Notes: generated from the sequence alone by a model not told the origin. Counted from the stretch's first letter, positions 12,690 through 26,819 are shown. The stretch is DNA of 64,000 nucleotides from Octopus vulgaris (GCA_951406725.2 OX597829.1:46686001-46750000), one strand, 5' to 3'. Translations and numbers: made by a program.

Positions 12690-12718
12690 TATTGTTATTG
12701 TTGTTGTTGTTGTTGTTG

Positions 12719-12776
<58 letters not shown>

Positions 12777-12977
12777 GATTATCATTATTATTATTACTAC
12801 TACTACTACTACTACTGCTACTGCTACTATTACTATTATTATTATTATTATTTAAAAATAAAATAACAGAAATCATTATTATCATGATCTTTATTCTTGT
12901 TGTTATTATGATTATAATTATTGCCAGTAGTAGTAGTAGTAGTAGCCGTAGTAGTCGTAGCCGTAGTAGTCGTAGTC

Positions 12978-13023
<46 letters not shown>

Positions 13024-13078
13024 CAGCAGCAGCAGTAGTAGTAGTAATAGTAGCAGTAGTAGTAGTAGTAGTAGCAGC

Positions 13079-13143
<65 letters not shown>

Positions 13144-13204
13144 CAGCAGTAGTAGTAGTAGTAGCAGCAGCAGCAGTAGTAGTAGTAGTAGCAGCAGCAG
13201 CAAC

Positions 13205-13262
<58 letters not shown>

Positions 13263-13324
13263 AGATGTGTATTGGAAATTTTTTTACGGCTATTTTGATT
13301 AAATATATTTGTATAGTAAACGTC

Positions 13325-13355
<31 letters not shown>

Positions 13356-13475
13356 GGATTATCATCGTCATCGTCATTGTTGTCGTCGTCGTTGTCGTCC
13401 TCCTCATCCTCAACATCATCATCACCATCATCAGCATCATCATCATCTTGCTCATCATCATCATCGCCATCATCA
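12690..13475. repeat. Compound trinucleotide block (TTG)(TTA)(TAC)(TAG/CAG)(CAT)
   Basis: Direct sequence; explains the poly-S/V/L/H/Y ORFs. Confidence 0.95.
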
Positions 13476-13729
13476 CTGTAGTTTTCAAGGTTATTCGCAT
13501 TTGAATTTTCTGGTACCTAATTTTGCCTATATTTGCAAAGGATTTGTGGCGCGCTTGAAAAATCTTACGCCTATATTCATAACGTATGTAAGCAATTTTG
13601 TATTTTATCAAGCGTGTATATGTGTCTATGTGCGTGTGTCTGTGCTTGAACGGGTGTATATATATATAAATGTATACCTAACTCTGTGTTGGGGGAGGGG
13701 GCTTTTGTGTGCGTGTCTGTGTGAGTGCA

Positions 13730-13940
13730 GGCTTGTGGCTTAGTGGTTGAACTGCTGCACTCATGATGGTATCATTACGGTTTCGTTTCCTAGATAGACC
13801 GATGCGCTGTGTATTTGAGCAAAGCACTTCATTTTATGTTGTTCGAGTCCACTCAGCTAGCAAAATTGAGCAAACTGGCAACAGACCCTTTCCGTGGAAT
13901 ATATGCACCACAGAATCCGGAAAACCGGCGGCATTAGCGT
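13730..13940 (+). mobile_element. Old tRNA-derived SINE (family C-related)
   Basis: GTGGCTTAGTGGTT A-box, GGTTTCG..TCC B-box, TTGAGCAAAGCACTT core; a similar copy lies at 49718-49930. Confidence 0.55.
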
Positions 13941-14264
13941 ATTGCCATGATCAGAATAAAAACTGGAATTTGGTTGCAAAATTTATATTCCCTAGGATAT
14001 TAAAAAGAACATACGAGTCTCAAGATTTCTTCTGATTTTGCTTTTATATGTGTGTGTGTTTGTGTCTGTATGCGCGCGCAGATGTGTGTGTGTGCATATA
14101 TACGTACACACACACACTAACATATCGCTAACGGAAGCGATTGGAAAAGTTGGCTTCCGTTAGAAAGAAAGAAAGAAAGAAAGACGGAGAGAAACAGACA
14201 GTCAGACAGAGTGAGAGGTAGAAAGACATATATATATATATATATGGACGGTGCTAAGTTGTCA

Positions 14265-14578
14265 AACATTTGAACCAAATTTTCTCAATACAACTTGTCT
14301 GACCGTCCCATAGGCCTCCCCTTCGAGAAACACTGATTTAACCTAAATTTAAGAGAGCAGCAAAAGAAGAAATAAAGATAGACTTTTTTTTTTTATTCCA
14401 AAGAATGGTTTATCGATTGCATTCTCACCTGGAATCGATTTTTGTAATTTTCCCAAGACTTATACATGCCCTGATACCGTCGATATCTACATATGAAATG
14501 TGAGCGCAATCAGTTGGAGGATGCCCGAGATCCTAGAAGACACACACACACAGAATGAACGATTTTATATAATAGATG
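14265..14578 (+). mobile_element. Possible non-autonomous Helitron-like element 3' end
   Basis: Ends in a short (AC)n followed by TTTTATATAATAGAT, resembling the termini of Helitron-derived MITEs. Confidence 0.3.
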
Positions 14579-14673
14579 TCATATTTTCCGTTTATTTTGT
14601 TTGTTTTTTTACTTAATCCAGTAAATATATATATACGTATGTATGTATGTATGTATGTATGTATGTATGTATG

Positions 14674-14711
<38 letters not shown>

Positions 14712-14792
14712 CTGTGTGTGTAAGAAGAAAGAGATAGTCAGACAGACAGAGCTAGAGAGAGAAAGGTGGGGACACGCAAATATGTATGTATA

Positions 14793-15187
14793 CTTTTACT
14801 TGTTTCAGTCATGTGATTGTGGCCATGCTGGAGCACCGCCTTTAGTCGATCAAATCGACCCCAGGACTTATTCTTTGTAAGCCTAGTACTTTTATCGGTA
14901 TATTTTTGCCGAACCGCTAAGTTACGGGGACGTAAGCACACCAGCATCGGTTGTGAAGCGATGTTGGGGGGACAAACACAGACACACAAGCACGCACATA
15001 CATATATATATACATACATATATATGACGGGCTTCTTTCAGTTTCCGTCTACCAAATCCACTCAGAAGGCTTTGGTCGGCCCGAGGCTATAGTAGAAGCC
15101 ACTTACCCAAGGTGCCACGCAGTGGGACTGAACCCGGAACGATGTGGTTCGTAAGCAAGCTACTTACCACACAGCCACTCCTACGCC
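14793..15187 (-). mobile_element. SINE family B, full length
   Basis: Head GGCGTAGGAGTGGCTGTGTGGTAAG...GGGTTCAGTCCC, core CACCTTGGGTAAGTGGCTT, internal microsatellite, tail GACTGAAACAAGTAAAAG. Confidence 0.9.
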
Positions 15188-15302
15188 ATTCCCACTCCAT
15201 ATATACTTTGTATGGAGATGAAATTCTACAATGAATTAGAGTGCGTTGATATGTTATGAGGTGTGTAAATTCCAGCGATTGGAAAAGTTGGCTTCCTTTC
15301 GA

Positions 15303-15338
<36 letters not shown>

Positions 15339-15531
15339 GGGAGAGAAACAGACACTCAGACAGAGCGAGAGATAGAAAGACAGTAGTAACGAAGGGAGAA
15401 AGGAGAAAAAAAAAAAGAAAGAAGAAGAGAAAGAATGGAACAGTGAAGGGACATGATGAAAAATGTATACGTTGTACTACCAATTACGTTGCTTAAACTG
15501 CCAAGGAAAAAAAAACGGAGTAAAATGTACT

Positions 15532-15854
15532 TGTAATATAGGTTAGCAACGGAAGAAAGTGAGATGACAAAGGGAGATAATACGAGTTGTGCGGCACGAA
15601 TAGTAGTTGTGAGTTCGTCAAAGAGATTTCACCGGATTAAAACAACGAGAACAAGCCATAAAAGTGTATTCATCTCTGTAATTCTCTTATAAGACTTTAA
15701 TATTCAGGAGATTGCTTATCACATGACGGCTGCTCTATTCGCGCGTGAGCCCTGTGTGAAAACCTGAGTAGAGTTCAGGTGAAGAATTCAGAGTCTGATT
15801 TTACAATAAATATACATCTAATTTGTGTACTTAGTTCGCAGACCCGTATCGACA
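15532..15854 (+). mobile_element. Candidate solo LTR
   Basis: TGT...ACA ends, TATA-like CATAAAAG (~15657), AATAAA (~15805), near-duplicated flanks ATGTAC/ATGTAT. Confidence 0.35.
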
Positions 15855-16164
15855 ATGTATTGTGATACACATGCAATATATATGTGTGCGTCTATTTGTG
15901 CGGTGCGCGCTTGTGTGTGCCTATATATGTGTATATCTCTATGTCTCTATCTACCTATCTACCTATCTACAGTTGTAAATTGTAAAACATAACTGTCTCC
16001 ACTACTACATGAACCTGAAGATTGCATAGTTTAATGCATGAAAGTACAAGTCCTATCAGAACGGACATTTAATATTCTATCATTACATTATATTATATTA
16101 TCTTATATTAAGAATATTAAGATTGTAAATAAAACGTGAAAATCAAAGTTGGAATTTCTTTGAG

Positions 16165-16221
<57 letters not shown>

Positions 16222-16293
16222 TATATATATATATGTATATATATATATGTATATATATTATATATATATATTTATATATATACACACACACAG

Positions 16294-16333
<40 letters not shown>

Positions 16334-16707
16334 TCACACATACACACATGAAACGGCAAACGAAAGAAGGTGGCATTGAAATCATTTGTCGCATAGGTAC
16401 CTGAATGTACAGGTACGTCAAACAAGCCTACCAAGCATTAAGCTATGTTCAGTAAAATTTTTATCACACATTTATGTTCTTGTATTCCTGACGTCATAAG
16501 AGATATGAGTTTGTGGGTTTGTGTCCCACGGGCAGGCTCTGAATTTTCTATCGGAAAATATATTCCCCACTAATATTTACACATTATTTATAGCCGTAAA
16601 TCTTTCGAGATTTCCTGCTCCTACACGAGCATGCATATATATACATACATACACGCACCGTCCCCACTGATCCCCATATATATATATGCATGTGTGCGGT
16701 ACGTGCC

Positions 16708-16742
<35 letters not shown>

Positions 16743-17057
16743 GTGTGTGTAATATATATGGTTTATATACATACACATATATATGTATACATTCGTATAC
16801 ACCATGCATAAGTACGTACGTACATAGATATACATAAATACAATGAATACTGGTGTCGCCTTTAGAATCAGATATATTTCAATGGAGTGTTACCAATCTT
16901 TATGTTACCTTCCTTGCTTCACTGTAACTAACTCCAATTTTAATGTCGTTTTTTAGTATGTATATAAATTGCGTTTTTACATAAAAGCTATTCATCAATT
17001 CTTCTTGGGATTATTATTATTTCTGGGAATAAATATGGAACTAGCAAGAAAAAGAGG

Positions 17058-17430
<373 letters not shown>

Positions 17431-17871
17431 AATCCGTATAAGTGCTAACGAAATGAAATGTAAAATAAACACAAATAGCAAATCTATGCTTCCATACATT
17501 TCTGTGTTCCTGTTCTAATGTGATTATTATATAAACTAACGAAAGAAGAAGCAGTAAATTAAAAAAATAACAATAATATAAATATTTCCTTTTACAAAAT
17601 GTGAGCAACGAACATTTTTATAACGCCTTCCAATCAGCGTTTTCAATTGCCACGTCATTTGAAAACAAAATTTTCCTCGTATTTTAACAAATATGGTTTC
17701 ATTAAATGTAAAAGATACGATTTTGAGTTTGAATAACTATTCATTCCACTGTAAAACGTTTTGTCTGGGAAAATGATATGGAGAAGGAAATATTCAAGAA
17801 ACGAGCGACAAGAAACAAAATGTACTTTTGTTCGTGTGTTTGTATATTCATACGTACCTACACGCACCCTC

Positions 17872-17907
<36 letters not shown>

Positions 17908-17923
17908 CATACAATATATATAT

Positions 17924-17963
<40 letters not shown>

Positions 17964-17994
17964 CTAATACATACAATATATATATATACAATAT

Positions 17995-18054
<60 letters not shown>

Positions 18055-18154
18055 ATACTCATATATTTACGTATTGATAAATTGTAGATACATAGATATA
18101 AATATGCAAGCATACATATATACATGCACATATATACGTGTATATATATATATG

Positions 18155-18199
<45 letters not shown>

Positions 18200-18807
18200 G
18201 TGGAAATATGTATGTACGTATTGGTGTGTTCTTGCGAGGGTGTTTATCTTCTTTTTCTTATTTTGACTTGATTTCCATCCCTTCAAACTTTTGTGTTTTT
18301 TTTCCTTCCAATTTCCATCAATCTTATCTTTGATGGGTTGTTGTTGTTGTTGTTGTTACTGTTGTGGTTGTTGTTGTTCTTCTTGTTGTTGCTGTTGGTG
18401 GTGGTGGTGATGTTATTGATTCTTAGTATTACGCGTTTTACTTCACTCAATTATCTGGGGTTTTTTTTGTTGTTTTTTAGTGTTACTTTATAATTTCTCT
18501 GGGGTTTTTTTTCAAATTTTTCCTTTCACGTTTCAGTTATGTATTCTCACTTGTTAAATTTCTATTTTACTTTCATTCATTTAACAACTGATTTATTTGC
18601 TCATTTGTAGGTAAACTTTTTATAAGTATTATTATTATTATGTTGGTTTTCATACAACAAATATAATAAAAAAAATAAAAATAAAATTCAATAAAATTTG
18701 TTCATGAAAAGGAAAGCAAAATTCTTTACATAGTAGAACCTAGACACAGAACTAAGCGGTTAAGCGTAAGACACATCTAAACCACAAACTACTGGAACAA
18801 GCTATAG

Positions 18808-18840
<33 letters not shown>

Positions 18841-19854
18841 AAATGCATTTTAAATTTGTGTTAGTGTAATTATTTTTCGCTATAAGTGTTTCTTTACGAA
18901 CTACATGCATCGAATGTAATATCAGTTCGCACAGTACGAAACAACTGACGCATAAGCGATGAGCACCACAGCGCGACGGAATTAAAGAACTGAGATCCTT
19001 GCAACCTAGATGTACTCATACATATAAAACTCTCACATTAGACTTGAACTAGTAAAGCATGCGGTGGCACTGTAACGCCGTATTAATTCGGTCACTTCAT
19101 ATCTGAACTTCTATGTGTCATTCAAATGAATTCGTAGAAAAATAATCGTTGCTCAGTTTTGTCAGGAGTAAAAGAGCTTAATACGGATTAAAGCTTTACA
19201 AATGTTTCAGCTTTCAGCCATCGTCAAATTAAGTCATTATAAATGAGGATAATGAATTAATCTCTACGAAAACCTTCTTTAAATTTATTTAGTACGACTT
19301 AAACGCTTCCAAGATAAACAAAAAAAGTAACCGGATATGATCTGGTTATAAAGTTAGGCAAATTTTCTCATATATAGGAGAATTCCTTGAAGACCCCTAC
19401 ATATTCAATTGCCGTGCTATTCGTTCCCAACGTAACACAGAGGTTCATGACCATTTCTCACTACATTACACTGACATTCCCTCCATTCTTTGAATACCCC
19501 GCTTTTTCAATTTCAAGTTTAATTTCTCCACCATCTATTTCTACACAGCTCTTACGGCAAAATCCTTTTCCTTTTCACTCATAAAGAGAGGAAAGACGAC
19601 AATGTTGAATCATTCGCTGCTCTTGGCAATAAAACTTTATCTATCTCATCAACAGGTTCATTTCTAGTATATTTTGCTGCAAACACAGTCAGCCAAAACT
19701 TATTTCCGTAGATGTAATATTTTCCCAATGTATGCTTACAATTATATCAGTCTCATAAGAGATAAAAATATATAAGATAAATTACTGATGCCAACAACAG
19801 TAAGCCTTCTCGACCATTTCACCCGCAAATACACATATAAACATCTATTTGCAT

Positions 19855-19918
<64 letters not shown>

Positions 19919-20133
19919 ATAGACATGCATATATATATATATATATGTATAATATATTTAAAATAATATAAATTAATCAATTTTATGTATTGGCTTAAGC
20001 TTTTCATTGTTTGATTTGCCTAATAGTGGTTTTATCTCTAATTTAATATAATATAATATTTTACTATAAAATTGTATTCAATCCTAAATCTGATTTTTCC
20101 CTGTAAGTTTGGATTTATTCCCTAATATTTTAT

Positions 20134-20167
<34 letters not shown>

Positions 20168-20224
20168 AGTATTTATGTATATATTTGTGTGTATATCTTT
20201 ATTTTTTAAAGTCGTTTCATTCTT

Positions 20225-20527
20225 TTTATTCTTTGTAAGCCTAGTACTTATTCTACCGGTCTCTTTTGCGGAACCACTAAGTTGCGGCGACATAAACACA
20301 CCAACATCGGTTGTCAAGTGGGAGTAGAGGAGAAACACAAACATATACATATATATGTATATATATATATATACGACAGGCATCTTTCAGTTTCTGTCTA
20401 TCAGATCCACTCACAAGGCTTTGGTCGGCCCGAGGTTATTGTGGAAGACGCATGTCCAAGGTGATACGCAGCGAGGCAGAACCTGGAACCATGTGATTAT
20501 GAAGCAAGCTTCTTATCACACAGCCAA
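20225..20527 (-). mobile_element. SINE family B, partial
   Basis: TTATTCTTTGTAAGCCTAGTACTT...CACAAGGCTTTGGTCGGCCCGAGG matches other B copies. Confidence 0.85.
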
Positions 20528-20588
20528 GGTACATAGATAGATGGATGGATGGATGGAGGGATAGATGGGTTTTAGGTAGATAGGTAGG

Positions 20589-20683
<95 letters not shown>

Positions 20684-20684
<1 letters not shown>

Positions 20685-21145
20685 CTTTCCTTACTAGCAA
20701 CACAGGGCCGAACAGAGAGAGGACAAAATACAATGTAGAACTTTTATCTTCAAAAGAAAAAAAAGAAAATAGACAGGATGGAAAGAAAAGCCTATGAAAA
20801 AGACCATGGTAACTTCAGGCATGGAGGGAAAAACACATGAGAACTAAGTGCTCTCTCTCTTTTGGATTCACAGGATCATGCTCAAAGTGGTTTCGTCATT
20901 CACACGTACCATCTTTGTTACATTCACCCGCCTTTTATTGAATATTTCATGAGACAAAACTTGCCTCTCTATTCTCACCTTCCTTTTCATGTGGTACTTG
21001 AAAAATGATGATGAGTGATTGGCCAGAGAGTAAAGTGTTTGTCTCTAAACCTTTCGTTCGAGTCCACCACACACATTCTTTCACCATGGCCACCAGTACG
21101 ATGAAAACTGTCTAGCCTTCTCGGCGGTGGAGCAATTTTCATGAT
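20684..21145 (-). mobile_element. 3' fragment of an L1/Tx1-clade LINE inside (GATA)n
   Basis: Colinear with 30826-31390 (CATGCTCAAAGTGGTTTCGTCATTC, TTTCACCATGGCCACCAGTA); (GATA)n on both sides. Confidence 0.85.
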
Positions 21146-21170
21146 AAGTAGGTAGATAGATAGATACATG

Positions 21171-21210
<40 letters not shown>

Positions 21211-21328
21211 CGTACACGCATGAATACATACATGCGTGCACACCCACACACATACACACACATATATACTTACATACTTACATGCACACACATACATACA
21301 TACATACATACATACATACATACATACA

Positions 21329-21362
<34 letters not shown>

Positions 21363-21672
21363 CATACAGTATAATATTTATGTGTGTTTATGAAAGTTTA
21401 GGTTTTCTTCTAATTTTCGTCTTCTCTCATGTTTGGCAAACTAAACAGAAAAAAAGTCATATTAACTATTTTTAGCCATACAAAGATTTGCAAAATGATG
21501 AAAAGAAACATAATATTCACTGTAATACGATATATTATAATTTATCGGCATTTTACAGAATAAAAGAACCATATACTATAATAATAAAAAAAGGAAACAG
21601 AATACGCATCGTAATATAATATATTATAATTGAACGGCGTTATATGACATTAATAAAAGTCGTATAATATAA

Positions 21673-22310
21673 TCTTTTCTACTCTAGGCACAAGGCCCGA
21701 AATTTTGGGAAGGGACCAGTCGATTAGATCGACCCCAGTACGCAACTAGTCTTTAATTTATCGATCCCGAAAGAATCAATAAATTAAGACAAAGTCGACC
21801 TCGGTGGAATTTTATCCAGTACGTAAAGACAGACGAACTGCCTATTTCTTTACTACCCACAAGGGGCTAAACACAGAGGTGACAAACAAGGACAGACATA
21901 CGGATTAAGTCGATTATATCAACCCCAGTGCGTAACTGGTACTTAATTTATCGACCCCGGAAGGATGAAAGGCAAAATCGACCTCGGCAGATTTTGAACT
22001 CAGAACGTAACGGCAGACGAAATACCGCTAAGCATTTCGCCCGGCGTGCTAACGTTTCTGCTAGCTCGCCGCCATATATATTTCTTTACTACCCACAAGG
22101 GGCTAAACACAGAGGTGACAAAAAAGGATAGACAAAGGGATTAAGTCGATTACATCGACCCCAGTGCATAACTGGTACTTTGTTTATCGACCCCGAAAGG
22201 ATGAAAGGCAAAGTCGACCTCGGCAGAATTTGAACTCAGGACGTAGCGGCAGACGAAATACCGCTAGGCATTTCGCCCGTCGTGCTAACGCTTCTGCCAG
22301 CTCGCCACCT
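21673..22310 (-). mobile_element. Cluster of SINE family A copies (a dimer plus an adjacent monomer)
   Basis: Three AAAGTCGACCTCGG-type cores, two heads (ending ~22072 and ~22308), and two different tail types. Confidence 0.88.
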
Positions 22311-23429
22311 TCGTATAATATAATAATTATGAAAACAAAATAATTGTTTTGGAGGTATACTAGCCACACAAGTGATTTGATCTCAGACCGACAGTTGAAA
22401 CTGATGCAATTACAGCATAGGGGATACATATTATCCAGTCAATAACACGCAAAGACTGTTAACTTTATTCAAACTTTTATTATTTGCTATCCAAAATTTT
22501 CGTTGCACCAACTGCACAACAGGCGCAATTTCGCTGCACCAGAGAATATTTATTGGAATATGTTAGAATTTTAACAGCATATAAAAAGATATAAGACATG
22601 TCGAATAATATAATGAACAATCATAAACAATGCAACACAACTGTAATAACTATGGAAGTTCAAAAGGACAAAAAACATAAATATGATCAAGCGTGGATAT
22701 TAGATCTCTTTTGTCTCTTGTGGCCTCTATCATATTCTCTAACCATATTCCAATTGTAATCATCTATCATTACTGCTTCATCCCAACTACTATGATGCTA
22801 TTTTTCTTTAAATTATATATCTTTATGGAACCATGCTGCATTCTCTCTAGGTACAGTAATAAGATTTGATGCAAATACTGCAGTTTCAGTGATATTTTGC
22901 ATCTCATACTTGTCAAGCAGGTCCCACTTGCATCCCGTACTTGTCAAGCAGGTCTTTAATAAAACCGTTACAGCTTCACCCACTTTGTTGATAACATTCA
23001 AAGCGCTCTTCTTTATCATTTTCATTTTCATATCCAGAGCTTTGAGTGAAAGAATCTACATCACCTGTAGCCCAACAATGATATAAACTTCAAATTTTGT
23101 ACCTCACAATTTCGAAAACTTTATTCTCATCTGAGTATAATCTTCACCATATTTCGGTCTAAGGATGAGAAGAATTGCTTTCTCCGACACGGTTTTATGT
23201 AGAGAGAAGACAGAGGGACTTTTCCCTATTGATATAAGCGTATTGTGCTTTACTTTTTGGATATATGGCTGCAGGGATGATCGATATTGCCGTTCTCCTT
23301 TCACGTAATATTTTTCTCAACCGCTGTCAACTCACAAGCAGAAAAAAGTAAGGGCACTAAGTACTTCCTGAAATCACTACATTCACTCCATTTTCACTTG
23401 TCATGTCTAATATATATATATGTGTGTGT

Positions 23430-23465
<36 letters not shown>

Positions 23466-23824
23466 ATGTGCGTGTGTGTGTGTGAATATATATGTATATG
23501 TGTGAACGTGAAGATGTGTAAATCCGTGTCTCCATTTGCTTTCTCTATTTAGTGATGTAATGCAATGATTCTAGTTACGTACCTTGCAAAGGAAATACAG
23601 TAATATGACTACATGTCCATTCTTGAATTAGCAATAGATGACGAAAGTACAAGTCTGAAATGAGAATTGTGTTGAGAAAACAGAATATAACATTTTCAAC
23701 AACATGTATTCAACAACATGGCTACTATTCATTGAATTAAATTAGGGAAAGAGGAACAGAAATTACATAATACCACCATTTACCAAAGGAAACTAAACGA
23801 TTTTTTTCTTCATCTAAAATTGCT

Positions 23825-23964
23825 ATACTGCGTGGCACATTTGATAAATATCCTCTACTATACCTTCAGGAAGAACAAAGCCTTGTGAGTGGATTTGATA
23901 GATGGAAACTGAATAACGTCCATACTGTACATGGATGCATACATACATACATACATACATACAT

Positions 23965-23999
<35 letters not shown>

Positions 24000-24019
24000 T
24001 ACATACATACATACATACA

Positions 24020-24051
<32 letters not shown>

Positions 24052-24109
24052 GACACACACACACATACATACATACATACATACATACATACATACATAC
24101 ATACATACA

Positions 24110-24141
<32 letters not shown>

Positions 24142-24202
24142 GACATACATTCGTACATACATACATACATATATGCATACATATATGTACATACATATAG
24201 AC

Positions 24203-24237
<35 letters not shown>

Positions 24238-24745
24238 CACACATACACGCACATACATACATTAATACATACACACAAACATGTACAGATACATGCAAAT
24301 ACACACTACACACATCCAGACATGTACACATGCATGCATATCACACTACACTCATACACACATATACATACATACGTATATAAATGTACATACATATAGA
24401 CACATATATACAAACACATACATACATGCATACATACATAAATACAAACACACATACATGCACACATACATACATACATACATGTGTGTGCGCTTGTTCG
24501 TGAATCTTTGTATCTTCGTTTGTCCCATACCACCGTTTCACAACCAGTATCTGTTTGTTTACGTCCCTGTAAGCAAGCGGTTCGGTGGAAGACAAGGATA
24601 GAATAAATACCAGGCTAAAACAAAAATTAAGAAATTTAAAAAGAATTCTTTTAATGAAACTAGATATTTGATTGCATTCATTCGACTAATATTCGCCAAT
24701 GTGGTGCTCCAGCATGGACACAGTAGAAAACTGAAACAAGTAAGG
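23825..24745 (+). mobile_element. SINE family B with ~600 bp expanded internal (CATA)n/(CA)n microsatellite
   Basis: 5' half at 23825-23920 (AAAGCCTTGTGAGTGGATTTG) and 3' half at 24520-24745 (GGTGCTCCAGCATGG...CTGAAACAAGTAA). Confidence 0.7.
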
Positions 24746-25053
24746 ATACATTTATAAATAGTTATTACACGGAGATTGTTAGCATAAGTTTGCGATGCTG
24801 TGAAATATAGCAGACATTTTCTTCCGTATAAAATATCGACGAATACCTTCTACGCTCAACGCTTATTTATGAGTTTTCGAGAGAAGAGACGCTTTGACAG
24901 TTTGACGGATATTAAGAAAGCTGATGCCTCGTATAATATTCTTTGACTCAAATTTCTATATCACAGTCCAAATGGCAAAGTAAAGGCAATATACGTGTAT
25001 ATGTTTATATATACATGTATATATATGTGTGTGTGTTTGTGTATTTATATACA

Positions 25054-25090
<37 letters not shown>

Positions 25091-25187
25091 CCACATATAT
25101 ATACATACACACACACACATATACAGAGAGAAATAAAGAGAGACATATACATGTATATACCTATGTATATGTATATTTATGTATATT

Positions 25188-25221
<34 letters not shown>

Positions 25222-25308
25222 CATTTATTTATATACATATATGCATATTTATTTGCATATATATATGTATTTATATATAGTTATATGTATATTTATATAC
25301 ATATATAA

Positions 25309-25343
<35 letters not shown>

Positions 25344-25882
25344 CGTGCGCGCACGCGTGTGTGTTTGTGTATGCTTTGTTTATTTTGCTGTAACAAAATG
25401 CTTTTTTTTTTCCTAATAGAACGCACCGCTTTATTAGAAGTGTATCGGTACGCCGGATAGAATTTCTTGTGTATTTATTCCGGCTCTGTGCAATCTAAGA
25501 TCAAATCTTGTGGAGATCAGGTCAACGTTGTCTGACATTTGCCCGTTCAATACTTATATAACGACCAAAATAGCAATGTGTGTATCATACTAAGTGTTAA
25601 TAAACCACCGACAGTCAAGATACTGCAGGTTTCATACGTCTTAACGTCTGTTAAAGACAGGCTGTTTTTTTTAAAAATATTATCGTGTTCTCCTTCTCCC
25701 TTTCTCCAAAGAACAAAATTATTCTAAACAAAAAAAAAAAGAAAAAAATATTCGCTCTCCGATTCATTTAAAAAACGATGAAACGTTCTGATTTTATCAT
25801 TATGGTTCAATTTTTGTTGAAGAATTCAATTAAACGAATGGAAGCGCTAATATAGAATTATCCAAAAATTCTGCCACCTTTT

Positions 25883-25928
<46 letters not shown>

Positions 25929-25930
<2 letters not shown>

Positions 25931-26007
25931 GAAAGAAGGTTTGAAAATGCAATTTAAAAGATGTTTATTTAACATCTTTTAAATTGCATTTTCAAACCTT
26001 CTTTCGT
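25929..26007. repeat. Perfect hairpin with 37-bp arms and a 5-nt loop, between (TA)n tracts
   Basis: ACGAAAGAAGGTTTGAAAATGCAATTTAAAAGATGTT, then TATTT, then its exact reverse complement. Confidence 0.9.
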
Positions 26008-26048
26008 ATATAATTCCACTCGTGCGATACCCCACAACTCAACTTTGT

Positions 26049-26079
<31 letters not shown>

Positions 26080-26245
26080 GCATACGTATACACACACACA
26101 CACACATATATATATATCTATATATATATACATACATATATATACATATATGTATCTATGTATGTATGTAGGTATATATATATATATATGTATATATATA
26201 TGTATCTATGTATGTATATACATATATGTGTATACATACACACAC

Positions 26246-26308
<63 letters not shown>

Positions 26309-26819
26309 CGACTCCATGACTTATTCTTTGTAAGCCAAGTACTTATTCTATAGGTATCTTTTGTCGAACTGCTAAGTTACGGAAACTTAAATACACCAAC
26401 ATCGGTCGTCAAGCACAATCACACAAATACATATATACGCATGTATGCATACATGCATGTATGTATGTATGTATGTATGTATGTATGTATGTATGTATGT
26501 ATGTATGTATGTATGTATGTATGTATGTATGTATGTATACATGTATGTATGTATGTATGTATACATGTATGTATGTATGTATGTAAATATGTATGTATGT
26601 ATACATGTATTTGTTGACGGGAATGGTTAAAAAGTATATACTGTGCACATAGATCCTGTGGTTATTTAGAAAGCTCCCCTCTTCAGAACAGAGTAAAGAA
26701 CAAGTCGATCAGTTTCAACGACATTTACAATTTCGCCATTGTTTACGTCATTGGAATTACAAAGAAAAAAATAGAAAAAGGCAACAGATATGGAGCTTGC
26801 ATCACCCTATATTACGTCA

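Noticed and set aside
12667-13743. Long poly-Ser/Val/Leu/His ORFs
   Set aside because: Trinucleotide repeat expansions with no non-repetitive domain.
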